DNA of 52,654 nucleotides, from the IMG/VR virus record IMGVR_UViG_3300010397_000015, positions 1 through 52,654 of that record. One strand, written 5' to 3'. The notes beneath the pieces were generated by a model. That model was not told the origin of the DNA. It did not search any database and worked only from the letters and a program-made list of their open reading frames with translations. The stretch's first letter is position 1; each line of letters begins with the position of its first letter. A program made the position numbers and the translations under genes. Source of the DNA: a virus. Taxonomy: Duplodnaviria > Caudoviricetes. Positions 18,931-28,022 of the stretch are shown here, one piece after another.

Positions 18931-19122
18931 ATGACCTCCACGAAGACCGAACGCCGTGTCTGTGCCCGCCTGGCCTGTTCCAAGCTCCTGCACCGCCGCC
19001 TGGCCGAAAAGAACCGCGCTTGGGAGAAGCGCCGCTTCTGCTCGAACTTCTGCAACTCCCGCTGCAACGGCTGGGGTCGACGCGAGCCGATGCGAGAGGC
19101 TCAGCTCGGAGTCGCGCTGTGA
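18931..19122 (+). CDS. Small Zn-binding protein
   Basis: CARLAC...KRRFCSNFC. Confidence 0.6.
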   Translation: MTSTKTERRVCARLACSKLLHRRLAEKNRAWEKRRFCSNFCNSRCNGWGRREPMREAQLGVAL

Positions 19123-19292
19123 CTACCACGACCACCCAGCGCCTCTGTGCCCGAGCCGCCTGCAAGCGACCGATTGTGCGCAACTACCGCGAGTCGAGCC
19201 GAGACTTCAACCGACGCCGGTTCTGTCGCGACTCGTGCAACGTGAAGTGCCATCCCTGGAGACGAACTATGGATGCTGTGAGGACCCCATGA
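19119..19292 (+). CDS. Small Zn-binding protein, paralog of the upstream gene
   Basis: GTGA-coupled; CARAAC...RRRFCRDSC; 57 aa. Confidence 0.6.
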   Translation: MTTTTTQRLCARAACKRPIVRNYRESSRDFNRRRFCRDSCNVKCHPWRRTMDAVRTP

Positions 19293-19831
19293 AGCACCGC
19301 GAACTCCACTGGATCGTATGCGACCCTTCCTCCGCCGGTCTCGACCCAACCGACCACCGCGTAGCCTGCGGTCGCTACTGGGTCTCGAGCGCCATGCGAA
19401 CCCACGACTGGACCGCCGTGACCTGTCGCAAGTGTCTCGTCCTGGGTGCCGAGTTCTTCACCGGCAAGAAGCGCCGCTGGAAACACCTCAGCGCGGTCGC
19501 GGCAACAGCGGTCGTGCTGCCACACTCGCACCGGGAACAACCAGCCCCGGTAGTCCATTTCCCGGAGCGGGTCGTGGTGCCATTCGCTCGGCGTGTCGTT
19601 TCGAACGAGCCCGCTCGCGCCGGTCCTCCGCGGCCATCCGCTCCTCCATCAGCACAAGTTTCGCCAACGTCCGAGTCGCGTCGGCGCGAACCTTTCCATT
19701 TCCGTGCTGCAATAGCGACGCAGAAGAAGCCTGCACCAACGCCTTCATCTCGTCCGCCGTCGCGTGCTGCCCACAACGGATCCGAGCTCGCACGCGCTCG
19801 ATCAGAGCCAGAACGATCTCATCGGGCTTGA
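19289..19831 (+). CDS. Hypothetical Cys/His protein
   Basis: ATGA-coupled; H..ACG..VTCRKC; its 3' part overlaps a minus-strand gene. Confidence 0.45.
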   Translation: MKHRELHWIVCDPSSAGLDPTDHRVACGRYWVSSAMRTHDWTAVTCRKCLVLGAEFFTGKKRRWKHLSAVAATAVVLPHSHREQPAPVVHFPERVVVPFARRVVSNEPARAGPPRPSAPPSAQVSPTSESRRREPFHFRAAIATQKKPAPTPSSRPPSRAAHNGSELARARSEPERSHRA

Positions 19832-20000
19832 ACGGCATCCGAGCCGGCAACCCAGCCGCGACCGCAACGTCCGAGAACTTCTTGTTCTCGAACTGCACCG
19901 GGTTCGTCACGTCCGCCACGGTCTTGTGGCGACGGTCGTTCACCCACACGAGGCGTCGATCGCTCGTGCCGGGGTAGCGGCGCTCGTAGTGGCCGGGCAT
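19488..20000 (-). CDS. Hypothetical protein (170 aa)
   Basis: ATG overlaps the upstream TGA (TGATG); helical and basic. Confidence 0.55.
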   Translation of the reverse strand: MPGHYERRYPGTSDRRLVWVNDRRHKTVADVTNPVQFENKKFSDVAVAAGLPARMPFKPDEIVLALIERVRARIRCGQHATADEMKALVQASSASLLQHGNGKVRADATRTLAKLVLMEERMAAEDRRERARSKRHAERMAPRPAPGNGLPGLVVPGASVAARPLLPRPR

Positions 20001-20179
20001 CAGAACGAGTCCAGATAGTCCCGGAACGCCAACTCCTGCGCAGTCCACGCCGGCTTCATCACTCCGCACCGATGGCAGGCCACGCGCAGATCCGTCACGC
20101 CGTCACTCCGGAGAGGCCGAACCCACGAGGTCGCGTGGCCGCGGACGAGGCAAATCAAGCGAGCGAAGAGGCGCTTCAC
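20000..20179 (-). CDS. Small protein with C..GH...CxRCG motif (DUF1660-like)
   Basis: Manual translation MKRLFARLICLVRGH...ACHRCG...DSF, 59 aa, coupled at both ends; below the ORF-track cutoff. Confidence 0.6.
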   Translation of the reverse strand: MKRLFARLICLVRGHATSWVRPLRSDGVTDLRVACHRCGVMKPAWTAQELAFRDYLDSF

Positions 20180-20418
20180 TTCCCTTCCGGCCTCTTATCG
20201 AGACCTCGCTCCTTAAGCATCGACTCGATGTCATCAACGTGCAGGCAATCGCACAGGCACGCCGTGGTGTTCGGGATCATCGCGACGCCGCCGTTGCAGT
20301 AGTCGTTGCCCGGGACCGCGCTGTGCAGCACTCCGAAGCCCGTGACCTTGCTGTCGCTGATCCCGAGCTGGATGACCTTGTCGCCGTTCTTCGCCTCTCG
20401 CACATTTCGGTAGTGCAT
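20176..20418 (-). CDS. Hypothetical phage protein
   Basis: GAAGGA RBS; MHYRNVREAKNGDKVI...CLCDCLHVDD. Confidence 0.65.
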   Translation of the reverse strand: MHYRNVREAKNGDKVIQLGISDSKVTGFGVLHSAVPGNDYCNGGVAMIPNTTACLCDCLHVDDIESMLKERGLDKRPEGK

Positions 20419-20420
20419 GG

Positions 20421-20639
20421 CTATTTTCCTTCGTATTGGATCCTGGCTCGTAGTTCGGACTGGTACCCGCTCGTCCATCGACGATCGGGCCACAGGCATG
20501 GCGGGTAGTCCTGCCGTGGCCTGACGATGCTCTCGCTCCGCTGGGAGAGCCTCAGCAGTTCTTCGTTCGGACGAGAGAGATCAACTCCGTCGACGCGTAG
20601 TCTCGGGCGGAGATCAACGCCATCAACTTCGAGTGTCAC
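20421..20639 (-). CDS. Small hypothetical protein
   Basis: GTG start fills the gap between two genes; internal VDGVDL repeat. Confidence 0.4.
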   Translation of the reverse strand: MTLEVDGVDLRPRLRVDGVDLSRPNEELLRLSQRSESIVRPRQDYPPCLWPDRRWTSGYQSELRARIQYEGK

Positions 20640-20650
20640 GGCACGACACC

Positions 20651-20908
20651 TCAGAAGAACGTCGGCTTCGCGATCGACCGCGTGAGAGCCATCAAGCCCT
20701 CCTGCAGGTGCGTCGCTCCGATCGACACCCAACGCTGATCCGGGAACGGACCTGGGGCGTCTTTCATCTCAGGGGGCGGCTTCGAGTCACGGAGTTTCGC
20801 CACGAGCTCGCCGAGAGCGACGCCCTGCGCCTTGATCTCGTTCATCAGGTCGATCTCGCTCTGGTCCAGCTCGCGGTACCCAGCGATCTTGCGGTGCTGA
20901 TTCTCCAT
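20651..20908 (-). CDS. acb2: Anti-CBASS cyclic-nucleotide sponge, Acb2 family
   Basis: 85 aa, MENQHRKIAGYRELDQSEIDLMNEIK...RWVSIGATHLQEGLMALTRSIAKPTFF, closely matching the Acb2 pattern as I recall it. Confidence 0.85.
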   Translation of the reverse strand: MENQHRKIAGYRELDQSEIDLMNEIKAQGVALGELVAKLRDSKPPPEMKDAPGPFPDQRWVSIGATHLQEGLMALTRSIAKPTFF

Positions 20909-21152
20909 CACCCGCCCCTGGATCCACTCGCCTGCGACCGCGGACCACCCTTCGGACCGCTCTTCATGCCCGCGCCCCCCTTGACCCGACCCGCACCGGC
21001 ATTCCCAGCCACCGTCCCCTTCGCAGGACCCTTCTGAGCATCGCCTGAACTGCCACTCTGCTGCGGACTCCCAGCCATCGCACACCTCCGAACCAGCCCG
21101 GACCATCCCGGACAGAGGTGAAGCTACACCCGGCACTCTGTAGGATCCAGCC

Positions 21153-21512
21153 ATGCCCGCAAGGAAGAGATCGCCCGAGGAGAAGCGTAAGGAGCGACTG
21201 CGGTGGAAGAGGACTGGAGGCCGGCGAGCGGCACAGGTCTACCGCGCCCTGAAAAACCAGCCGTGCCGGGACTGCGGAGTCCAATACCCGCCACACGTCA
21301 TGCAGTTCGACCACCTACCGGAACATCGAAAACGGCGAGACGTGAGCGACCTCAGCACTACTGGGCAGATCCTCCGCGAAGCCGCCAAGTGCGAGGTCGT
21401 CTGTGCCAACTGTCACGCCGAACGCACCTTTCAGCGCCTCGTGCGCGCGCGTACAGGTACCAGCGCCGGAGAAACTCGCCGTCCTGAGCAGGGTCTGTTC
21501 GACCTGACCTGA
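21153..21512 (+). CDS. HNH endonuclease
   Basis: PCRDCGVQYPPHVMQFDHL...KCEVVCANCHAERT; TAGGAT -10-like box 6 nt before the ATG. Confidence 0.82.
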   Translation: MPARKRSPEEKRKERLRWKRTGGRRAAQVYRALKNQPCRDCGVQYPPHVMQFDHLPEHRKRRDVSDLSTTGQILREAAKCEVVCANCHAERTFQRLVRARTGTSAGETRRPEQGLFDLT

Positions 21513-21955
21513 TTTTTCTCGGACGAGGAGTCGATCATCTCCCTGATGGCGGGTGGCCGAGACCCCCGGTGGACCCCCCCCAGCCCCTTTGGCTCGCGAC
21601 CTGCCATAATCGCATCGGCTCGGGCAGCGTCAGCGCGTCCCGAGCATCACCGAGGCGGGCCTGGAGGATCGGGGCGAGGAGATGCGCTCGGTGGCGGGGC
21701 GGCACTGGTATATCGAGGAAGGGCGAGCGGCTGGGGAGGAGCGGGGAGCGGGGTGGGGAGGGAGGGTCAGCCCAAGCCGCAGGAGTGGGAAGCGTTCCGG
21801 GTCCAGTCCGAGCTATTCACGTGAGGGTAGCACGACGCTGCACGGGCGATCGGAAGGCGTCAAGGGTGTTCGGCCCGATTCAGAGCGCCCCGATCCTATC
21901 CCCGCGCCCCCAGTGTAAGCGTTATGTAGCTTCCTGGAAAGGGCATGACTTCCCC

Positions 21956-21984
21956 TTGCCGTCAGCCGTTCTAGTGTGTAGAAG
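21956..21984 (+). promoter_or_regulatory. Possible sigma70-type promoter of the early operon
   Basis: TTGCCG-17 bp-TAGAAG with a TG upstream of the -10; precedes a GGAGG RBS. Confidence 0.3.
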
Positions 21985-22041
21985 CTGTCTACCGCCCGAC
22001 GCGGCTCGTTCCTGGGCTGGCGAGGGTGATTCCTGGAGGAT

Positions 22042-22431
22042 GTGATGACCGACACGAAGAGGATGACGCTCGCGGATGAGCTGCGGGCGCTGAGCGCGAC
22101 GTTCCGGGACGACGAGGATGCCGTGGACCCGTTCCATGCGGCCGAGCAACTTCGCCGCGCCGCCGCCGCGCTGGAGGAGTCCGAGCGGATCCAGGCGATG
22201 GAGCCTGAGTCGTGGGCCGAGCGCGAGGGGCGCATCGCCTGGGAAGACCGACTCGAACGCGAGTACAAGGCCAGGCTAGATCGGCAGCAGATCGCCCTGG
22301 AAGCGAAGGACAAGGCGCTTACTGCTCTGCGCCAGATCGCAGAGACAACCGGCGGCAAGCCCGAGGGCCTGCGCGACATCGCTCGGCTTGCTCTGGCCGA
22401 GCATGACGATTCGATGGAGCGTGCGTCGTGA
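22042..22431 (+). CDS. Hypothetical early protein
   Basis: GGAGG RBS; first gene of the plus-strand run. Confidence 0.7.
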   Translation: MMTDTKRMTLADELRALSATFRDDEDAVDPFHAAEQLRRAAAALEESERIQAMEPESWAEREGRIAWEDRLEREYKARLDRQQIALEAKDKALTALRQIAETTGGKPEGLRDIARLALAEHDDSMERAS

Positions 22432-22597
22432 GACATCTGTTTCGTTTCTTCTGGATGCTCTCCAAAGACCTTCTGTCGCCGAGGCTGTTCTTTCGGGCGA
22501 TCCTTCTTGGCCGACGCCATCCGCGCTTCTGGTGGACTTGGGCCGATTACTGGAGGGCGACCGCTGTCCGCGCCGCTCTCTCCGCCGGGGGTGCGTC

Positions 22598-23113
22598 GTG
22601 AAGCCTGACCCCATCTTCCCCGGCGAGCGCTTCGACGAGAACGCTCTGGACATGGACGCTTGGCGAGCCGACCAGGAGCGGATCCGGGTGCTCGAGGAGT
22701 CGGCCCATTCCCGGCTCGATCGCGCGGTGCTGCGGCTGTCCGCGCCGGCTGTGCCCTACCGAAGTGTCCTGGACGTGGAGGGATCGCCGGCTCCGTTCTG
22801 CCCTGTCCCGCTCCTCGACTTCACCCAACACGGGCGGAAGTGCGCCATCTGGAACGAGGGCGAGTGTGACTGTCCGGGCGAGTACGTGGAGGATGACGAC
22901 GGCTGCCCGGTAGGCGAAGGGGTGATTCCAATGGCACACCCTAAACCCTGCCCGCACGCGACAACCTCACTCGGCCCCGTCTACGAATACTGCGAGGACT
23001 GCGGAGCGGTGCGCGTTCTGCCCGACCTGAAGCCGACCGATGCTCGCTGGCATTGGTGCGAGGCGTGTAGCCTCAATCGTCCCGCTGCTGTGCGCGCGGA
23101 GGCATCACGATGA
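22598..23113 (+). CDS. Cys-rich hypothetical protein
   Basis: GTGA-coupled start; CEDCG and CEAC motifs. Confidence 0.5.
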   Translation: MKPDPIFPGERFDENALDMDAWRADQERIRVLEESAHSRLDRAVLRLSAPAVPYRSVLDVEGSPAPFCPVPLLDFTQHGRKCAIWNEGECDCPGEYVEDDDGCPVGEGVIPMAHPKPCPHATTSLGPVYEYCEDCGAVRVLPDLKPTDARWHWCEACSLNRPAAVRAEASR

Positions 23114-23352
23114 GACCCGATGATCGTCCCACCGATCCGCGCCTGTTCCCGACGGAGCCCAACTTCACCGCGGACCTGGACGCGAAGGCGCTGGACGAGA
23201 TCCTCCGCGAGCTGAACCGATTCAAGACGACAGCCGCGCAATCGCTCGACCTGATCGCCAAGGGCAAGCCCGCGATGTTGCCCGAGGACAACGCGAACCG
23301 GCTCATCAAGGCCGTGATCGTCGCCGTGCGTACCACGGGCCGCAAGGTCTGA
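23110..23352 (+). CDS. Hypothetical protein
   Basis: ATGA-coupled 80-aa ORF. Confidence 0.6.
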   Translation: MRPDDRPTDPRLFPTEPNFTADLDAKALDEILRELNRFKTTAAQSLDLIAKGKPAMLPEDNANRLIKAVIVAVRTTGRKV

Positions 23353-23390
23353 CCTTTCTTCATCCCACCACCAACCAGAAAGCAATCACG

Positions 23391-23693
23391 ATGCCCAAGA
23401 AGAAGACCGCCCCCCACTCCAAGTTCGTCCTCGTCCGCACGTTCTCGGCTGGCGTCCATGTCGGCACGCTCGCAAAGCGCGACGGCAAAGAAGTCACGTT
23501 AACCGACGCTCGCCGAATCTGGCGCTGGTGTGGAGCAAACACGCTGCACGAGATATCGCAGAAAGGCGCTTCGGAAGACTGGACGCGGATTTCCGAGCCC
23601 GTCCCGACTATCGAGCTGACCGAGGCTATCGAGCTGATCCCCTGCTCCGCCGAGGCGCGCAAGAACCTGGAGCGTTCGCGATGGGGAGCGTAG
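23391..23693 (+). CDS. Conserved phage protein (DUF6948-like)
   Basis: VLVRTFSAGVHVGTL..EVTLTDARRIWRW.GA.TL.EI..TEAIELIPCS. Confidence 0.75.
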   Translation: MPKKKTAPHSKFVLVRTFSAGVHVGTLAKRDGKEVTLTDARRIWRWCGANTLHEISQKGASEDWTRISEPVPTIELTEAIELIPCSAEARKNLERSRWGA

Positions 23694-23950
23694 GCGCTCT
23701 CGGCTATGGCGATGGCTCTGGCTATGGCTATGGCTGACCCAAGTATGTACCGCTCAATCGACAAGCCGACCGCCTCTCCCTCCAGGAACACCGCTTTCCC
23801 CACAGAGAGCGCGCGAGACGAGGGGCGGTCGGCCCTTTCCCCGAACCTGGCCGGGTGGGCCTTGTGGCTCTACGTGGGCCTGATCCTGGCCACGCTCGCC
23901 GCGCTGATCGTCCCGCCCGTCGTGCATTGGCTCGCGCCGTTGGTGAAGCC

Positions 23951-24550
23951 GTGAAGGCCCTTGGCGATGTTGTGTGGGTCCCGACGGCGCAGAGCGTTCC
24001 CGTCGTGGAGACGTGCCCGGACTGCCTTGGATCGGCACGCTGGCATTGTTCGCTGCCCAACGGAGAGGAGTTCGACGTTGAGTGCCCGCGCTGCTATCAC
24101 GGCGGATTCAGTCCATCCGACGGCAGGATTCAGGAGCGATACGAAGTCGTCGGGAGGGCCACGAAGGGGACCATCACGCGCATCGAAGTGCGGGAGGGTG
24201 TCGTCGAGTATGGCACGACGAGCGGATACATCTACTCCGATGAAGACCTGTGTGAAGACGAAGCGACGGCGATTGCCCGCTCTGTAGTGAAGACGCGCGC
24301 ATGGCATGACGCCGAGTTCAAGCGGATGGATGAGTACCGCCGCAGGAAGGGTCGACCGCGCAAGAATCGAGAGACCGGAGCGCGCGAGGCGAACGACATG
24401 GACTTCGGCGGAGGCTCGGCCAACTACGCGCGTGGAGAGATCCGCAGGAGCTTCAAGGAAGCCATCCGGTGGCGCGACTACGCGGAGCGCAAGGGCACGG
24501 CGATCGACCTGGCCGCGATGCTCGCCAATGCGATGGAGGGCAAGCCGTGA
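23951..24550 (+). CDS. DnaJ-type Zn-finger-like protein
   Basis: CPDCLG...CPRCYHGG. Confidence 0.65.
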   Translation: MKALGDVVWVPTAQSVPVVETCPDCLGSARWHCSLPNGEEFDVECPRCYHGGFSPSDGRIQERYEVVGRATKGTITRIEVREGVVEYGTTSGYIYSDEDLCEDEATAIARSVVKTRAWHDAEFKRMDEYRRRKGRPRKNRETGAREANDMDFGGGSANYARGEIRRSFKEAIRWRDYAERKGTAIDLAAMLANAMEGKP

Positions 24551-24810
24551 GCGACCCCGACGACATCCGCCGCGGGACGCTCAAGGTCGCCTGGAGCGAT
24601 TCCGGCGCGGACCTAGGCGAGACCGTCTCCGCATCCTGCGCCCGCTGCTCGGGTGGCGTCGGGATGCTCTGCGACAAGTGCGTGCTCGAGGTCGCTGCTG
24701 CTGCGATCCGAACGCTCGAGGAGGCCCCAAGTGACCCGGCGTGACGCTATCGAGCTCGCCGTGGCCGTCGCCCTGATCGTCGCCGTCTACTTCCTCCTGA
24801 CTGGAGCCCC

Positions 24811-25683
24811 ATGAGCACCTTCGAGCCCGGCATCTACCACGACATGACCTTCGAGACCTACCTCGGCCTGGAGGCGTGGGGTTCGTCGTCGCTCCGAGCG
24901 ATGCGGAAAGGTCCACCGGCCCGCGTGATATGGGAAAAGGGCGCTCCGAACGTGGACACCTCCGCGCGGCTGCTCGGATCCGCGGTTCACTGTGCGCTGC
25001 TGACTCCGCACCTGTTCGCAGACACCTACGTCGGCAAGCCCGAGGGGATGCGGTTCTCGACGAAGGAAGGCAAGGCGTGGCGAGACGCACACTCAACTCG
25101 GAAGATCCTGTCGTTCGAGGACTTCGCGCGGGTCGGGAGCATCGTCGAGGCCCTGCACGCCAAGGAGTCGGTCGCGAAGTCGCTGGACGGCGCCGCGTGC
25201 GAGCACTCGATCATCTGGCGCTGCCCTGGATCGGGCGAGCTGTGCAAGGGTCGCCCCGACTGGATATCGGAGAGCGACCACGCCATCTACGATCTCAAGG
25301 TGACGCGACACGGAGGAACGCGGTTCATGGCGATTCGAGCCTACTCCGAGGGATGGATGCACCAGCTCGCGCACTACCGCACCGGCGCGATGCTGAGCGG
25401 AGCCGACGTGAAGCGCGGGCGCCTGGTCGTCGTCGAACCGGATCCGCCGCACTTCGTCTGGACGCTCGAGGTCAAGCGGGACGCGCTGGATCTCCTGGAA
25501 CTCGAGAACGGCGAGACGCTCAAGCTGATGCGGGACTGCCGGGTCGCCCACGCCTGGCCTGGAACGCCTGAGAACGAATGGACGAAGATCGAGCCGCCCG
25601 CGGGAACGCTGGACGGACTGGAGAGCGTGCAATTCATGGAGACCGCGGCAGAGCAACAAGGCGACGAACAGGGGGCATTCTGA
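24811..25683 (+). CDS. RecE/exonuclease VIII-like PD-(D/E)XK nuclease (DUF3799-like)
   Basis: PGIYHDM, SSSL, GSAVHCALL, CKGRPDW, DLKVT, QLAHY. Confidence 0.85.
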   Translation: MSTFEPGIYHDMTFETYLGLEAWGSSSLRAMRKGPPARVIWEKGAPNVDTSARLLGSAVHCALLTPHLFADTYVGKPEGMRFSTKEGKAWRDAHSTRKILSFEDFARVGSIVEALHAKESVAKSLDGAACEHSIIWRCPGSGELCKGRPDWISESDHAIYDLKVTRHGGTRFMAIRAYSEGWMHQLAHYRTGAMLSGADVKRGRLVVVEPDPPHFVWTLEVKRDALDLLELENGETLKLMRDCRVAHAWPGTPENEWTKIEPPAGTLDGLESVQFMETAAEQQGDEQGAF

Positions 25684-26171
25684 TGGGACGCCAAGAAGAT
25701 GACGGCGAAGTGTTCGAGGGATCGTTCGACATGCTGCGGGACTCGACTTGGTTGTGCTCCGCAGACATTCCGTGGGACAGCGATACCGTCGTACAGGTCC
25801 AGGAGATCCGTAAGCACCGCAACCTCAAGCTGCGCGACGAGAGCAAGAGCGTCGCCGGCACGCTCCACTTCGTCGGGAAGAAGAAGTGCCTGCTGTTGAA
25901 CGCTGGACACCGCGCCGTGCTGAAACGACTGTTCGGTGATGCCAAGGGCGCGCAGGGTCAATGGGTGGCGCTGTATGTCGATCCGGAGGTCTCAGCGTTC
26001 GGCCAGACGGTATCGGCGGTACGGATCAGAGCGAAGCGCCCCCAGCCGCCCAAAGCCACAGGGTCGCCGGCCGCGAGGCCCGCATCTTTGCCCGCGGAGT
26101 CGATCGACCGCCCGCTGACCGAAGAGGAGATGGCCGCGGCCGACGCCAAGCGCGAGAAGCTGGGTGGCTGA
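25683..26171 (+). CDS. Putative ssDNA-binding/annealing partner of the exonuclease
   Basis: TGATG-coupled; WLCSADI..LLLNAGH..LFG..GQWVALYVD..FGQTVSAVRI; partly acidic tail. Confidence 0.55.
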   Translation: MGRQEDDGEVFEGSFDMLRDSTWLCSADIPWDSDTVVQVQEIRKHRNLKLRDESKSVAGTLHFVGKKKCLLLNAGHRAVLKRLFGDAKGAQGQWVALYVDPEVSAFGQTVSAVRIRAKRPQPPKATGSPAARPASLPAESIDRPLTEEEMAAADAKREKLGG

Positions 26172-26446
26172 TGGTCGCGCGCCGGATCTCCCCGAACCGA
26201 CCGAGGCTGCTCGCGGCTGTGATGGCTGCTCGCGACCACGAGCTCGAGCGAGGCGACTCCCTGCGCCCCGACTTGCTCGAGTTCGCCACGTTCTGCCTGA
26301 TGGTCGAGCTGACCGGAGGCAGACTTCACCACCAGCCCGTGCTGGATCCGTTCTTAATCATGCTGGGCGGCATGAGCAAGAAGTACCAGACGCCCGTGAT
26401 CTGTCGTGCCTTGGCCGCTCTGGCCGAAGATGGAGTCCACCCGTGA
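26171..26446 (+). CDS. Hypothetical protein
   Basis: Coupled at both ends. Confidence 0.5.
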   Translation: MVARRISPNRPRLLAAVMAARDHELERGDSLRPDLLEFATFCLMVELTGGRLHHQPVLDPFLIMLGGMSKKYQTPVICRALAALAEDGVHP

Positions 26447-26769
26447 AGTGTTTCGACCCGACCTGCAAAGTTCCGCACACCGCCGAGTTCGTGAAGCTCG
26501 AGTCCGACATGGAATCGTGCGGTGCGCACCTACCCGATGGCTGCGAGAGCATCATCGAAGGCGACGCCGCTCAGGCCCAGGGCTGGGCGCACGTCGATGC
26601 CACCTGGAAGTGCTGCTACTGCGACATCTACTACAGCGACGATGAGGCGCACCTGGTCTGCGAGAACTGCTCGGAGTCGGTGTGCTACGACTGCATCGAC
26701 TACAACAACGTCTGCACGGGATGTCGCGAGAGAGCGGAGGAGCGTGCGGAAGTGAGGAGCTTGCGATGA
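26443..26769 (+). CDS. Multi-CxxC Zn-binding protein
   Basis: CCYC, CENC, CYDC, CTGC. Confidence 0.6.
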   Translation: MKCFDPTCKVPHTAEFVKLESDMESCGAHLPDGCESIIEGDAAQAQGWAHVDATWKCCYCDIYYSDDEAHLVCENCSESVCYDCIDYNNVCTGCRERAEERAEVRSLR

Positions 26770-27065
26770 CCCTCGACCCCACGACCCGCGCGCTGATCGA
26801 CGCGGCGCTGAATCTGAAAATCTACGCGCGACTCAATGGCAAGTACGAGGTCGAAGACCGTGATGATCTCAGGGAATTTTTCGGCGCACGCATGAACTAC
26901 GTCGCCGCCCACAACACGCCCGACGCCCTGGAAGCCTCCGCCGCCCGATGCGCGGCGCTGGAGAAGGCTCTGCGACGGATTGCGTTCGAGCCGCAAGGGC
27001 CGGCCGATGCGACGCACGCCGAGGTTCTTTCGCGCGTTGAGGCGATTGCCAAGGAGGCACTATGA
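26766..27065 (+). CDS. Hypothetical protein
   Basis: ATGA-coupled. Confidence 0.55.
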   Translation: MTLDPTTRALIDAALNLKIYARLNGKYEVEDRDDLREFFGARMNYVAAHNTPDALEASAARCAALEKALRRIAFEPQGPADATHAEVLSRVEAIAKEAL

Positions 27066-27334
27066 GAACTGTTCGGACGATATTCAACGAAGTCGCTGTC
27101 TGGCGCACGGAGCGGTTCGCCTGTCCCGGTTGTGGCAAGCGCCGCTCGCGGCGGGTGAAGTTCTATCAGACACTCAATCCATACAACATTTGGAGGGCGT
27201 CCGAGGGCGGCGATGGGCGGCCCAAGTCGCGCGAGAGAATCAGGGCTGAGATAAAGGCCCAGGCGGCTGCGTGGAAACCCATTTGCGCCGGATGCGACGC
27301 CGACGCGAAGGCGCGGAAGGGCGGTGCGGTGTGA
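27062..27334 (+). CDS. Zn-ribbon protein
   Basis: CPGCGK..FYQTLNPYN..CAGC. Confidence 0.6.
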   Translation: MRTVRTIFNEVAVWRTERFACPGCGKRRSRRVKFYQTLNPYNIWRASEGGDGRPKSRERIRAEIKAQAAAWKPICAGCDADAKARKGGAV

Positions 27335-27771
27335 TCGACCACCCCGAAGCGGCGCGCGTGGCGGAGAATCTGCGCCACATAGGGATCAGCCTCAAGGCCA
27401 GCTGGGACGAGAACATCGTCCGCCGCCTCGACAGGCTCGAAGCCGCAGCGAATCCGAGACCGGAGCTATTCACGGACGCGCAGATTGCCAGCATCGAAGC
27501 GTTCGTCGGCGCGGGGGTTCACCGGCACCTGTCGGAGTTCCACGTCGAATCCCCCGCCCCCGCGCGGGAGAGCGCCTTCGCTTTCGATCCGAAGTCTCCA
27601 GCATTCGAGGCTGGGTACAAGGCCGGAAACGTGGTCGGTCGCGAGCGCGGGATCAGGGAGGCGCTGAAAATCGCGTGGAAGCACGCACCGACCGCAGGCA
27701 ACCTCACTACGGCGGAACTATCCGGTTTGCTCAAGGCCCTCTCCACCCCCGCCGCGAGGGTCGAGGGATGA
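27331..27771 (+). CDS. Hypothetical protein
   Basis: GTGA-coupled. Confidence 0.55.
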   Translation: MIDHPEAARVAENLRHIGISLKASWDENIVRRLDRLEAAANPRPELFTDAQIASIEAFVGAGVHRHLSEFHVESPAPARESAFAFDPKSPAFEAGYKAGNVVGRERGIREALKIAWKHAPTAGNLTTAELSGLLKALSTPAARVEG

Positions 27772-28022
27772 AGCCGCTACCCGTCGCGATCTGCAATGAT
27801 CGCCGCCCGTGCCGTGGCCTCAAGGAGACGCTCATGGACAACGGCGGGCGTGGTGGCGGTCTCCATTGCAAGACGATTCTGACCATCAAGACCGGAGTGC
27901 AACGTCCGCTCTACATTACGAGATCGCACGCGAACGATTGCGGCGTGGTCTTGAACTTCTGCCCGTTCTGTGGGCGCGCAATCAACAAGCGATGGACACG
28001 ACGCCGAAAGGAATCCAAATGA
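27768..28022 (+). CDS. Small protein with NFCPFCG motif
   Basis: ATGA-coupled at both ends. Confidence 0.55.
   Translation: MKPLPVAICNDRRPCRGLKETLMDNGGRGGGLHCKTILTIKTGVQRPLYITRSHANDCGVVLNFCPFCGRAINKRWTRRRKESK

Noticed and set aside
20078-20141. GGCCACGCG...CGCGTGGCC inverted repeat as a riboswitch or ncRNA
   Set aside because: It lies inside a coupled 59-aa ORF and is plausible by chance in high-GC DNA
23706-23954. ORF start MAMALAMAMA
   Set aside because: This is an off-frame reading of the GGCTAT repeat; a real gene, if any, starts further downstream
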